From a virus (taxonomy: Duplodnaviria > Heunggongvirae > Uroviricota > Caudoviricetes): a stretch of 64,000 bases of DNA. The notes beneath the pieces were generated by a model. That model searched no databases, was not told the DNA's origin, and saw only the letters and a list, made by a program, of their open reading frames with translations. Both the position numbers and the translations under genes were made by a program. Shown here piece after piece: positions 17,735 through 28,008 of the stretch. Within the stretch, counting starts at the first letter, position 1, and each line of letters opens with the position of its first letter. The stretch is from IMG/VR virus record IMGVR_UViG_3300031419_000581, one strand, 5' to 3'.

Positions 17735-18910
17735 GTGAAGAAAAAAATTATATTATTAAGTCTTTTATCTGGCCTGTTGTCTGTTTCTGCTTTTTCTCAT
17801 GCTGACATGAAATTTTTAACAGCGAATGATTATAATAACAGTCAAATAAGAGGCTTTAATATTGGTGTTCTGGAAACTCACAGCGACACCTACTACAAAG
17901 AATTAAGTGAAACTAAAATTAATGCAGTAAGGGTAATTGTCCCTTTCAGACGTTGTACCTTAGAAACACAACAACCAAAGGATATTGATAAAAAGAAAAT
18001 TACCAGTGTTAATGATGTCAAAGCTGATGCTATGACAGGTGTGCCTAAATGTGTTTATGAAATATCTCCTGAAAACAGTGATAAATTCAAAGCATTATTG
18101 AAAAAAGCCGTTGAGTATAATTTCTATGTTATTCCTGTTGCTGAATTCCAGCAAAATCCTGCGGGTGATTTCTGGACAGTCCCTAAGCTTCAACAGGGAC
18201 TTACAGAAGCCTGGAAAGACTTTGCAAATCAATATAAAGAATATTCGGTAATAGCAGGTTATGATCTTATGGATAATCCTTCTGCTGAGGGACTTCCTGC
18301 CGGTTCGAATGTCAGTGAATACTGGCAAAAGGGTGCGAGTTACATGATTCAGGGCATACGTTCTGTTGATAAAAAACATACAATTATTTATCCTATGGCT
18401 CCTTCTGGCATGCCTGTTGCCTTTAAAGATTTCAAACCTTTTGAAGATAAAAACGTGGTTTACGGTATAAATATGTATTATCCACTGGATCTTACTATGC
18501 AGGGAACCAGTGAAAACTTTTCTTATCGTATACCTTATCCAGCAGGTCTTGAATATGGCATACAGCCTATTCCTAATCAACCTCCTCGCGTAATAGATGT
18601 AAATGATTTAAGATTATATCTTCAGGATGCAGGATTATTTGCAAAAACAAACAATGTTCCGGTTATGGTTCTTGAATTTGGTATCGTCCATTATGCTCCT
18701 AATGGTTCTTCGTTCCGTTATGTCAGTGACACAACAAAGATATTTGAAGACAATGGCTGGTCGTGGACTTATCAGGGGTTCCGGGTTTCAGCAGCATTTG
18801 ATCCTTATATAGGTTCTGATGACCCTGAAAATACTACGCGTAGTTTTACGTCTCCGATTATGAACGTACTAACTTCTTATTTCCAGAAAAACAGTTTATA
18901 TTATAAATAA
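17735..18910 (+). CDS. secreted glycoside hydrolase family 5 (cellulase-superfamily)-like protein
   Basis: GTG start after AGGAGAG. Signal peptide MKKKIILLSLLSGLLSVSAFSHA. GH5-like landmarks INAVRVIVPF, GYDLMDNPS (where NEP is expected), NMYYP, VMVLEFGI (nucleophile Glu context) and GWSWTYQGF. Confidence 0.5.
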   Translation: MKKKIILLSLLSGLLSVSAFSHADMKFLTANDYNNSQIRGFNIGVLETHSDTYYKELSETKINAVRVIVPFRRCTLETQQPKDIDKKKITSVNDVKADAMTGVPKCVYEISPENSDKFKALLKKAVEYNFYVIPVAEFQQNPAGDFWTVPKLQQGLTEAWKDFANQYKEYSVIAGYDLMDNPSAEGLPAGSNVSEYWQKGASYMIQGIRSVDKKHTIIYPMAPSGMPVAFKDFKPFEDKNVVYGINMYYPLDLTMQGTSENFSYRIPYPAGLEYGIQPIPNQPPRVIDVNDLRLYLQDAGLFAKTNNVPVMVLEFGIVHYAPNGSSFRYVSDTTKIFEDNGWSWTYQGFRVSAAFDPYIGSDDPENTTRSFTSPIMNVLTSYFQKNSLYYK

Positions 18911-19025
18911 AAAGAACTGATTCTGGTTGTTATTTAAGCAATTAGCAGCCAGAATCATAGTATGTTCTTGATTATTCCTCAGAATAAGCTATGTATAGAT
19001 AAACCCATAATCAGAAAGCAGAACT

Positions 19026-19595
19026 ATGATAACAGACAAATATTTACAAAAAACATTTACAGAAAGACCGATTATCTGGCTGGTTACTCACCCTTATCCT
19101 GATCAGGATAATACAGCATGGGTATTAGATGAAAAAGAGCAATCGTGGAATCATATAAAAACAGGTTGGCTCGATATTAATGATTGTTGTGTCGGTTTAC
19201 CCGAAAAGCCCTGGCCGACAGAAATACAGGAGTGGGTTGCCTCTGGTATAAATCCTATCTTATATCCTATTAACGATTTTAAATATGTATCTGAAAAATA
19301 CAAAGAATGGTGGAAGGAACTTTACAAAAACGACCTGTTTCGTATATGGGTGTTAGGGTGGAATCCGGTCACTGATATTAATTTAAAAAAACAATGGAAA
19401 AAAGCAGAATTAGAATATAAAATAATGATTCTTGAAACAACCATTGAATTAAAGAAGAAAATGAAATTACGTCCTACAAAAGACAGATTTGATTATGTTT
19501 GTAAGGATGTTATTGCTTCTGTTGAAAAACAGGAAAACAAATTACTTCATGGTGTTATTATATCAATGGTAGAAGAATGGAAAAAGGAGGCATAG
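19026..19595 (+). CDS. hypothetical protein
   Basis: 189-aa W-rich ORF. Its stop sits in the loop of the terminator at 19581. No family recognised. Confidence 0.55.
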   Translation: MITDKYLQKTFTERPIIWLVTHPYPDQDNTAWVLDEKEQSWNHIKTGWLDINDCCVGLPEKPWPTEIQEWVASGINPILYPINDFKYVSEKYKEWWKELYKNDLFRIWVLGWNPVTDINLKKQWKKAELEYKIMILETTIELKKKMKLRPTKDRFDYVCKDVIASVEKQENKLLHGVIISMVEEWKKEA

Positions 19596-19606
19596 CCTCC
19601 TTTTTT
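19581..19606. terminator. bidirectional rho-independent terminator
   Basis: A5-GGAGGC-ata-GCCTCC-T6, between the convergent 19026..19595 and the helicase gene. Confidence 0.85.
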
Positions 19607-19607
19607 A

Positions 19608-21890
19608 TTATTTGAAATAGTTTCTCTGCTTTTTAGAAATAGATTTTCCTTCAAGTTCTTTTTTTCTTACTGCGGCATGAAGCATTTCTTCAATTTTAGC
19701 ATTAAGTTTTGCATGCTGAATTAAGGCATCTTCATTCCCAGTATAAACGTCAGGAAAACGCTGAGTCAGCCAGCGATAAACAGTAAGTAGTTTTACTTTT
19801 TTCTCTGCATCCAGCAATGCTTCGTCTTTACTGTGATAACTTTCTTTTTCAGTCATAGCTTCTTTAACAATTTCCCAGTCAATAATCTGTCCCTGAGAAT
19901 GACGAATCGCCCAGTTTAACAAAATTTCTTCATCATCAATATCGTTAGAATCGACCGGAGCTGTTGCATAGGAATATTGCTCAGTAATAGAAAGATTATT
20001 AAGATTAACAAGTTTATAAGAACGTTCTATTGCATCAGTCATAGGGCATGCTTTGAAAACAGGATGATTTTTCAACAAGTGATTAGCGAAGAATGATAAC
20101 CATTGTGGAAGAGTGCCACCTAATTTTTCATGCCATAATGCAATCTGATCGGGTAGAGGCTGAACCCACCATTTTAAATCACGAGGAGGCTCGTCTTTTG
20201 AATCAAGAAGCTGCCAGAGCATAGCTTCATCATTATCCGACCATGTCGTCACGCCACCTTCAACAACCCAGCCTTTTCTGCCTGCACGGTTAGCAATTTG
20301 CCACACTTCGGAAGGTTTAAGTAGTCTTTCAACGTCACCATCAAATTTTACAAGTGTTGACAGTACAATACGTTTTATAGGAAGATTTAATCCCAACCCA
20401 ATAGCATCAGTTGCAATCAGATAGTCAGTCTCTCCGTCGCGGAATTTCCTTGCTTCTTCACGTCTGACCTCAGGGGAAAGGTGTCCATAAATAACCGAAA
20501 CTTTGAGTCCTCTTTGTTCAGCTTCTTCTTTCCATGCCAACACATCTTTACGTGAGAATGCAATGATTGCATCACCTTGTTGGACACGTTTCCATGACAT
20601 AAGTGCTTTATCTCGTCTTAACTCTTTTTCTGCTGTGAGTTTAACGACATTCAGTTCATCACCTAAATATTTAACCATACGTTCCACATAGGGTAATGCT
20701 GCCTCAGAACCCGTAAGTACTAATTGATTTGTTGGTGCTGAAAGAACGGCTTGTGTCCATGCCCAGCCACGACCAGGATCCGCAAGAAGCTGAACCTCAT
20801 CAAGAACAGAAGCGCCAACACGTTTGTTCCAGCGAGCCATTTCAACAGTAGAGGAAACAAAAGTGCTACCTAATGAACGGCGTCTTTCTTCACCTGTGAT
20901 AAGATCATTAAGTACGCCTTTTTCGAGTAGGGTCTCATGACCTTCAAGTGCTAAAAGTCGTAAAGGTGCAAGGTAATAGCCACTATCAGCAGCAGTAAGT
21001 ATCTGGAATGAACGATATGTTTTTCCTGTATTCGGTGGTCCCATAAAGAAAGTCCATACACGTTTTTCACTTCTTGCTATTTTAAAATGTTGTTCGAATT
21101 TATCAAAATTAACCAGTTTTTCTGCGGCGATCATTGCTGCTTCTTTTTCCTGACGCTTAATACGTGAGCTTTCTTTTTCAATAAAAGCAGTAAAAGCTGC
21201 CGTTATTTTTTTATGTTCATCACCAGAGAAATAGACCTTAGAAATTGTTTGTGTTAACCAGCTAAGCCATGGTGATTTTTGTGCATTATTTAAAAGGCTG
21301 ACTTTTTCAGACCAAACAGAAAAAATATTCGAATGTAAAAATGAGACAAGTTCTGAAAATTTGTTTTCAACCTGCAATTCTTTTTGAATCTCAGTTGAAT
21401 CGAGTTCTTTTGTATTGTGGTAAGCAAATACCCAGTTTTCAAAGGTTTTTTTAGGAACCGGAATATAAAAGAGTGAATTGAGAACAACAGTACTATCAGA
21501 AAGGTTTTCCAGCCATTCTTTTTTGGTGATAACAGCAACCATATCTTTTTTATTATCTTTGAAGGATACGCCCTCTATAATACGATGAAGTTTAGCTGCT
21601 TCAATCCACTCATTGGTAGCCTGTTCTTTATTAAGTTGATTGATATGTTTTTTGAAGGCATTCAGAACTTTATTCCAGTCTTCTGGTTTTATCCAAAGGG
21701 AATTAACGGATATTTTATCGGTTTGGGAATGATATAACTGAGGGGTCAGGCATGTCCAGCCTTCATTAATTTTACTTTCGTAAAAGGCATTATCTTTTTT
21801 ATTAACTTTTGTGATTCCGTCCAACAGGGGTAATTCAATCCATTCTTTTTCAGTAAGGTCGTCAAAGTTTGTAACACTGGAGAATTTCAT
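19608..21890 (-). CDS. SUV3-like superfamily-2 helicase with an N-terminal extension of about 270 aa
   Basis: Motif I GPPNTGKTY, motif II LDEVQ. C-terminal block VIYGHLSPEVRREEARKFRDGETDYLIATDAIGLGLNLPIKRIVL...QIANRAGRKG matches the SUV3/SUPV3L1 pattern as I recall it (VIYGSLPP...KFN......LVATDAIGMGLNL.I.R.IF...Q..GRAGR). Confidence 0.65.
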   Translation of the reverse strand: MKFSSVTNFDDLTEKEWIELPLLDGITKVNKKDNAFYESKINEGWTCLTPQLYHSQTDKISVNSLWIKPEDWNKVLNAFKKHINQLNKEQATNEWIEAAKLHRIIEGVSFKDNKKDMVAVITKKEWLENLSDSTVVLNSLFYIPVPKKTFENWVFAYHNTKELDSTEIQKELQVENKFSELVSFLHSNIFSVWSEKVSLLNNAQKSPWLSWLTQTISKVYFSGDEHKKITAAFTAFIEKESSRIKRQEKEAAMIAAEKLVNFDKFEQHFKIARSEKRVWTFFMGPPNTGKTYRSFQILTAADSGYYLAPLRLLALEGHETLLEKGVLNDLITGEERRRSLGSTFVSSTVEMARWNKRVGASVLDEVQLLADPGRGWAWTQAVLSAPTNQLVLTGSEAALPYVERMVKYLGDELNVVKLTAEKELRRDKALMSWKRVQQGDAIIAFSRKDVLAWKEEAEQRGLKVSVIYGHLSPEVRREEARKFRDGETDYLIATDAIGLGLNLPIKRIVLSTLVKFDGDVERLLKPSEVWQIANRAGRKGWVVEGGVTTWSDNDEAMLWQLLDSKDEPPRDLKWWVQPLPDQIALWHEKLGGTLPQWLSFFANHLLKNHPVFKACPMTDAIERSYKLVNLNNLSITEQYSYATAPVDSNDIDDEEILLNWAIRHSQGQIIDWEIVKEAMTEKESYHSKDEALLDAEKKVKLLTVYRWLTQRFPDVYTGNEDALIQHAKLNAKIEEMLHAAVRKKELEGKSISKKQRNYFK

Positions 21891-22032
21891 ATAGTCGGTT
21901 CCTCATGTATGTTGTTTTTTTTTACTGCAAGATAGGGTCTGAGGCTACTCCTTTTTAAATCCAACATAATCTATTAATAACAGAAAAATAAATAAAGATC
22001 CAATAATAAAATGCAATATTTTAAGAGAATAT

Positions 22033-22061
22033 TAAAAAAAGAGACGTTGACGTCTCTTTTT
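22033..22061. terminator. rho-independent terminator downstream of the FtsH-like gene
   Basis: A7-GAGACG-ttga-CGTCTC-T6. Confidence 0.8.
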
Positions 22062-22077
22062 TATTTAGGATTATATA

Positions 22078-24081
22078 TTATTTTTTATTAAACCAAACGG
22101 GATAAACATTTTTATGTTTTTTCCAGAGTTCGGCCACATCCTGTTTATCAAGCGTTTCGTTATTCATTAATTCATTTGCCATATCTTCAACAAAGACAGA
22201 ATGGTTAGTAACCAGAAGTTTAACATCATCATACATTCGCTGAACAAGTGTTGCAGCTTCATCTTCTATTTTAGATCGTGTAATGTCACTTAGTGTACTC
22301 ATGTCAGAAACCGCAGATGTTCTGAGTACGTTTCCTAATCCCCATGAGGCAGACATTCGCATAGCCAAGTCAAATGCTTTTTCCATATCACTGGATGCCC
22401 CAGTAGTAATGGCTCCCATGAATACTTCTTCTGCCGCTCTTCCTGCCATGATAATCTTAATTGTATTTTTAATCTCCTGTTCACTGATAGATACAATCTC
22501 TCTTTCACGAACCTGAAGCATAAGTCCCAGTGCCATCTTACGGGGTGTTATAGTAACTTTTTCAATAGGGTCATGGGAAAGGATTAATGCGGCAACAGCG
22601 TGTCCTGTTTCGTGATAAGCGGTATTTCTTTTTTCGATTTCCAGCATTTCAAGATCGTGTCTTGGATCGCCTAAAAGCATTTTATCACGTGCTTCCATGA
22701 GGTGTTGCTGGGTTAAATGGTTCGCGTTTTCTTTACCTGCCCGAATCAATGCTTCATTAACAAGGTTGGCAAGTTCTGCTCCTGAGAAACCGTTGGTTAG
22801 TCTGGAAAGTGTTTTAACGTCAACATTATCCTGATCAATAACGTGCCCTTCTTTTTCCTGATTTTTAATGGCTTTATTTAGATAGACATTAAGAATATCT
22901 TCTCGTCCTTTTTGATTAGGTTTACCAACAAACACCTGACGGTCAAAACGTCCTGGTCTTAATAATGCATCATCTAATGTTTCAATACGGTTGGTCGCCG
23001 CAATAATCAGCAAATCATGTTTTGAAGCATTAAATCCGTCCATCTCAATTAATAACTGATTTAATGTTTGATCTCGTTCTCCATGTGAGTTATTTGCACC
23101 ACGCTTACCGCCTACTGCGTCAATTTCATCAATAAAAATAACAGATTTTTTAGAACGTCTTGCTTTCTTAAACAGACTTCTTACTCTTGAAGCACCTAAT
23201 CCAACATACATTTCGACAAACTCTGAACCTGAGATTTGATAAAAATCAGCATCAGCTTCTTTTGCAACAGCCTTAGCAAGCATGGTTTTACCATTACCAG
23301 GATCACCCGCAAGAATAATTCCTTTTGGAATCTGTGCTCCAAATTTATCAAAGGATTTTTTATTATTAAGAAACTGGACAACTTCCCTTACATCGCGTTT
23401 GGCATCATCAACACCTGCGATATCTGCAAATGAAATTTTTATATCTTTTGCTTTGACTTTTTTACCACTTTTACTCATAGAACGCATAGCAAAACGTTGT
23501 ACAAAAATAAGAATAAAGGCAAAGAGTGCAACCATAATTATTATATTTAAAAGGGTAATAAGCCAGTTAAGAAACGTTGACCACATACTGGATTTTTCAT
23601 CCTCTGTTGAAACAGAGATATTCATATAATCAGAAAAATCTTTTACAACTTTTATATGTGCTTTACTGCTGTTCAGTAAATCAAGGAAAGTATCACTCAA
23701 GCGACTTATTAAAAATACCTCAGCTTTGGTGCCATCTTTCATGTATACATGAACAGTCATAGCCTGCTCACGATCATTGGATAACATGATAGTATCTACT
23801 TTATCTTCTTTAAGATTACTGAGTAATGTAGAATAGTCCATTTGTTGGGCATTTGATGGCCACAAGTATTTTGCTTTATCCGCAGGTTCAGTTGTTGGAG
23901 ATTTTTTTTTATCATTCGCAATCTTTGTATTTTTCTCTGAAAACTGGGTTTGTTTATTAATCGAAATATTACTTTCAGGGGTTATTGTCTGACTTTGTGT
24001 GTCAGCGCTTGCTGAAAAGGGTAAAAGCATAACGGTAAGCGAACACGCTACGATTAAGTTTTTGATAAATTTAAAAGACAT
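22078..24081 (-). CDS. ftsH: FtsH-family membrane AAA+ zinc metalloprotease
   Basis: N-terminal TM or signal segment, a periplasmic region of about 140 aa, and a second TM (LITLLNIIIMVALFAFILIFV). Walker A GDPGNGKT, Walker B IFIDEIDA, SRH ATNRIETLDDALLRPGRFDR, zinc site HETGHA. The N-terminal and periplasmic part is diverged from E. coli FtsH. Confidence 0.85.
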   Translation of the reverse strand: MSFKFIKNLIVACSLTVMLLPFSASADTQSQTITPESNISINKQTQFSEKNTKIANDKKKSPTTEPADKAKYLWPSNAQQMDYSTLLSNLKEDKVDTIMLSNDREQAMTVHVYMKDGTKAEVFLISRLSDTFLDLLNSSKAHIKVVKDFSDYMNISVSTEDEKSSMWSTFLNWLITLLNIIIMVALFAFILIFVQRFAMRSMSKSGKKVKAKDIKISFADIAGVDDAKRDVREVVQFLNNKKSFDKFGAQIPKGIILAGDPGNGKTMLAKAVAKEADADFYQISGSEFVEMYVGLGASRVRSLFKKARRSKKSVIFIDEIDAVGGKRGANNSHGERDQTLNQLLIEMDGFNASKHDLLIIAATNRIETLDDALLRPGRFDRQVFVGKPNQKGREDILNVYLNKAIKNQEKEGHVIDQDNVDVKTLSRLTNGFSGAELANLVNEALIRAGKENANHLTQQHLMEARDKMLLGDPRHDLEMLEIEKRNTAYHETGHAVAALILSHDPIEKVTITPRKMALGLMLQVREREIVSISEQEIKNTIKIIMAGRAAEEVFMGAITTGASSDMEKAFDLAMRMSASWGLGNVLRTSAVSDMSTLSDITRSKIEDEAATLVQRMYDDVKLLVTNHSVFVEDMANELMNNETLDKQDVAELWKKHKNVYPVWFNKK

Positions 24082-24256
24082 ATTATTCTCCTGGATATAT
24101 TCACCAAATTACATAGTAATAAAAAAATTTATAATAGCAATCAGCCTATCCTTTATTTACGTGAAATTTGCCAGTATTTCCATTTTTTTATGATTAAGTA
24201 AGGTGAAGTTTCTAAAATATTTGTTATAATAGAATAAATAAAAGAGGCAAAATAAT

Positions 24257-25969
24257 ATGGCGTTTAGTACACAAGAAAAAAAGATATATAATCTTATCAG
24301 TAAGCCTGAGATAAAAGAAAAAGAAATGAACATGATTATTTCTTTTATTAAAGAAAATCCTGAATTTTTGTTTGTTCAGACAAAAATGAATAGCACAACA
24401 AAAACTTCTTTATTGTTTCATGCAGTAGAACACAATTTATCGCTTGCAGAAAAAATAATAGATGAATGCAATCCTGACATAATTAAAATAACAAACGCCC
24501 AATCTGATAGATGTAATATAGTACATTACCTCGCAAAAAATAAAGAAGGCATAAGTGGTCAATTCATTTTAAATTTATTTAAAGAAGGTCGGCAATTGCA
24601 TTCTGAGAGATCTCAGTTAATGAATGATATTAATATGTTTCTTGACTCCCCTGTTATGCATGCACTTGAAAATGGAAATAATAAAAGAGCAAAAGAAATT
24701 ACGGATCACATTAAAAATAACCTATTAGGTGTTGGGAAAATGTTCAGTGATGAATCCCATATTGTTTATTTAACTGGTAAAAACCAAATGGATATATATT
24801 CAAGTTTTGCAGATAATTTAGCCATGGTTGAGTTTGCAGATAAAAATATTTATCCACTAAAAGACTACCTTAAATCAATAATGTTACCTTATTTTATAAA
24901 AAAAATGTTCAGTAATGATATTGATACGTTCAAAAAAATTACATATTTACACGAAAATGTTTCACAAATTAATGTTAATAAAAATTCACAGAACAAAGAA
25001 AAATTAGAGGAAATTTTTTCGCACTTTGTTAAAAAGACACAATGTGACGCACAAAGTATGGAACATTTTTTAACCTGGTTAATAAAAAATTATGGTGACT
25101 TTGATTTTAAATTGAATAAACCAGAGGCAATAGCACTTTTTCACTCAGATGTTCCATTGGATGAAAGAGTCAAGAAACTAAATGTTTTATTTGAGACATT
25201 TGGAAAAGAATGTTATCCCAGTGCGCTTTACACTGATTACCAGGGGAAATCTTCTAATGTAGATTTCACTATGATTAAATTTATGTTAGAAAAAGATATA
25301 GTGCTAAGTGTGGGAAATTATAAAAAAAATTCAGTATCAGAAGTTTATTTAAATAAATTTATTGACAGCTTTCCTTTTGATATAGAGACCGTTTGTCTTT
25401 TTATTGAGAAACATAAAGCAATTTATCAGCAACCAAATAACACAGCTTTAAATTTACTTTGCAAAGCTTATAATTACCATTATGAGGATCAACAGGAAAA
25501 TGGTATAAAAACCTCAAAAATGAATAATAAAGACGTTATATTTGCATTGTTAGAAAATAATGCAAATGCCCTTTGTAATTATTCACTGAGTCCTTATTTT
25601 GACGTTCCAAAGGCAATGCAGGAAAAGTTTCCAGATACAGAAGAATTTAAAAGAGGATTGTTTGAAAACATCATAGTCAATATTGAAGGAAAAATAAAAA
25701 ATGATATAGCAAAACAATTTAAGAACGTGTGTAAATTTACTTCTTCGGGGAAAATAAATCCTGTTATGATTTTTTTACTTGAAAATGAAAAATTCATAAG
25801 AAATGACCTTCAATGTCAGCAGTACTTGACTAAATTTTTAGAAAAGGAGCATGATATCCCAGAGGAAATTCATGACGTTATGAATTATATGCACAAAATG
25901 TATCTGAATAATAGTTTGAATAAACATGATTTAATGATACCTGATAAAATAGTAAGGAGCAGAATATAA
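24257..25969 (+). CDS. hypothetical protein with ankyrin-like repeats, R-[LIM]-COOH tail family (ends ...DKIVRSRI)
   Basis: 570 aa, AGAGG SD. ANK-like KTSLLFHAVEHNLSLAEKIIDE and DSPVMHALENGNNKRAKEI. Ends RSRI-stop. Its stop overlaps the next start (TAATG). Confidence 0.75.
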   Translation: MAFSTQEKKIYNLISKPEIKEKEMNMIISFIKENPEFLFVQTKMNSTTKTSLLFHAVEHNLSLAEKIIDECNPDIIKITNAQSDRCNIVHYLAKNKEGISGQFILNLFKEGRQLHSERSQLMNDINMFLDSPVMHALENGNNKRAKEITDHIKNNLLGVGKMFSDESHIVYLTGKNQMDIYSSFADNLAMVEFADKNIYPLKDYLKSIMLPYFIKKMFSNDIDTFKKITYLHENVSQINVNKNSQNKEKLEEIFSHFVKKTQCDAQSMEHFLTWLIKNYGDFDFKLNKPEAIALFHSDVPLDERVKKLNVLFETFGKECYPSALYTDYQGKSSNVDFTMIKFMLEKDIVLSVGNYKKNSVSEVYLNKFIDSFPFDIETVCLFIEKHKAIYQQPNNTALNLLCKAYNYHYEDQQENGIKTSKMNNKDVIFALLENNANALCNYSLSPYFDVPKAMQEKFPDTEEFKRGLFENIIVNIEGKIKNDIAKQFKNVCKFTSSGKINPVMIFLLENEKFIRNDLQCQQYLTKFLEKEHDIPEEIHDVMNYMHKMYLNNSLNKHDLMIPDKIVRSRI

Positions 25970-27075
25970 TGTATAGTAATCAATCATTAGAAGAATATTA
26001 TAATGGAAAATTAGAAGGGACTTTGGATATTTTTGCAAAATTGCGTGAAAAAAATGTTTCAAAAGAAGCGATAATAGAATTGTTTTATAAAGATTTGGAT
26101 TCTGAGAAGCTGAAAAAAGAATTTGAAGACCTATTAAATTATTTTGCTGCATGTGAGTTAATGCCGAAAACAATAGACAAGTATAAGGGCCAGGACATTC
26201 TTTTTTATTCTGATAAAGTCAATACAGCTAATTTTATTCACGAACTAGAGTTATTATTACAAGAGGCAATCGCTGAAAAACCAGAATTTTATAATGATTA
26301 CTTTGAACATTTAATAAAACTAAACGATCATGGTTTTTATCCAGAAAAACGCATTATAGATTCGTTCGCCACCATACTCACAGAAAGAAATGTTTCATAT
26401 AAAGACTTACTTACTGAAAAATTAATTGAAGGTATTGATAATTTTGAAAGAATAAACACTATTTTATATTTTCAGGATTCAACATCAGTTATAGATAATT
26501 ACCTGGTAAAAACTGAAATAAATGACGATATATTATTATTTTATATGCTGAATAGTCCTGAATTCAAATATCGTCCAGGCATATCAAATTTTTTAAAGCA
26601 TGCTGATACTGATTATTTGTTAAATCTTCGTTCATCAACTAACCAAAATTTATTGATGACATTATTGAAAATAGTGGATAAAGATCTGAAAAACAGAATT
26701 TCTTTTAAAACAACCAAGGGAATTGAAAGTAAGGAACGAAGTGATATCTATGAAGTGATAAAAAACTTAATAGAAAAATGTAAAGATTTCGAAAATTATA
26801 AAGATGATAAAGGTAATAATATAACCTATTATATGGGTAATAACATATTATTGTTAGAAGAATTTTACGTTTCGTTGAAAGAAATAAACAACTATCAGGC
26901 ATTATTCCTTAAAGAAAATAATAAAGGACTCAGTGCTTATGATTGTCTGATAAAAAACAGTGAAAGTAAAAAATCTGAAAACGCCGAATCATTAATTATT
27001 GATATTGAGAAGCAGATTCTAAAAAATCAAATTCCTCCCGATAATATCAGTAAAATGAAAGTTAACAGACTTTAA
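25969..27075 (+). CDS. hypothetical protein, R-[LIM]-COOH tail family (ends ...SKMKVNRL)
   Basis: 368 aa, translationally coupled to 24257..25969. C-terminal IDIEKQILKNQIPPDNISKMKVNRL-stop. Confidence 0.75.
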   Translation: MYSNQSLEEYYNGKLEGTLDIFAKLREKNVSKEAIIELFYKDLDSEKLKKEFEDLLNYFAACELMPKTIDKYKGQDILFYSDKVNTANFIHELELLLQEAIAEKPEFYNDYFEHLIKLNDHGFYPEKRIIDSFATILTERNVSYKDLLTEKLIEGIDNFERINTILYFQDSTSVIDNYLVKTEINDDILLFYMLNSPEFKYRPGISNFLKHADTDYLLNLRSSTNQNLLMTLLKIVDKDLKNRISFKTTKGIESKERSDIYEVIKNLIEKCKDFENYKDDKGNNITYYMGNNILLLEEFYVSLKEINNYQALFLKENNKGLSAYDCLIKNSESKKSENAESLIIDIEKQILKNQIPPDNISKMKVNRL

Positions 27076-27083
27076 TGCCTTAG

Positions 27084-27533
27084 TTAAGCGGCCTGTTTTT
27101 TATTAGCAGGCTTTTTTACTTCAGCATCATTCATGAAACTGAATTTTGTTTTTTTCCAGATTATGTCAAACACGTTGCCTGAAATTTCAAACCAGCCAGT
27201 CTCTTTGTTGTAAACGATATGAACAACATGTTCCTGATTATCAAATTCGACATCAATTGAAATAGGGTCGAGGATCTCGGCACAATTGTGTCCATGAAAC
27301 CAGAAAGAAACGGCTTCAGAGAAGACAGAAGAGGAATGAACGTATAAAACAGGAGAATCTTTTTCTTTTTTGAACATATTCATTGATTTAACAGCAGCAG
27401 AACAGGAAAAAATGCGATCTTTTTCATTAAACTGTACATGCTGATTAATATGTTCAACAACATTGTTAGAAAAATAACTATCAATCAGAAATTTAAAAGT
27501 TTCGCTTACGATATTTTTAACTTGTTCTTTCAT
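27084..27533 (-). CDS. hypothetical small cytosolic protein
   Basis: ATG at 27533 after AGGAGA (the track start at 27548 is also possible). About 149 aa. No family recognised and no tail (ends NKKQAA). Confidence 0.6.
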   Translation of the reverse strand: MKEQVKNIVSETFKFLIDSYFSNNVVEHINQHVQFNEKDRIFSCSAAVKSMNMFKKEKDSPVLYVHSSSVFSEAVSFWFHGHNCAEILDPISIDVEFDNQEHVVHIVYNKETGWFEISGNVFDIIWKKTKFSFMNDAEVKKPANKKQAA

Positions 27534-27611
27534 GATTCGTCTCCTCATTTTTTTCTTTATAAATTCATGTTAGTGTATAAAATACAATAAGTCAATTATA
27601 TTTGAAAATAT

Positions 27612-28004
27612 TTAGAATTTAAAATTATCAGGAAATTCAGAGTTTAATTTTTGTGAATCAGGCAGCGTTTCTTGTAAGGATTTTTTTTCAAATTCAGCTG
27701 CTCGCTCATGTTGGATAGCATAAAATTCAGAAGAAATATCATTAAGTTTGGTTCCTTTTTGAGAAAAACATTCCACATTTTTAACTTTTATCGTATCTTC
27801 ATAAAAATCGACATAGAAAAAAAAGGCACCTTTTAAATCACGTTCTTTATGGCGAATTAATTGTTTTGGAATTTCCAGAGCAAATTCAGAACCTGAAATA
27901 TTCCATGGAAGATTATCTGACACAGTAAAGTGATACTGTTTATTTTCGTTCAGATAATCATTTAATATTTTATTAGCTTCCTGATTACGTATTTCTTGTA
28001 ACAT
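27612..28004 (-). CDS. hypothetical small cytosolic protein
   Basis: 130 aa. AAGGA SD lies inside the end of the upstream gene, with a 4-nt gap from 28009..28452. Ends DNFKF (no tail). Confidence 0.6.
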   Translation of the reverse strand: MLQEIRNQEANKILNDYLNENKQYHFTVSDNLPWNISGSEFALEIPKQLIRHKERDLKGAFFFYVDFYEDTIKVKNVECFSQKGTKLNDISSEFYAIQHERAAEFEKKSLQETLPDSQKLNSEFPDNFKF

Positions 28005-28008
28005 GATT

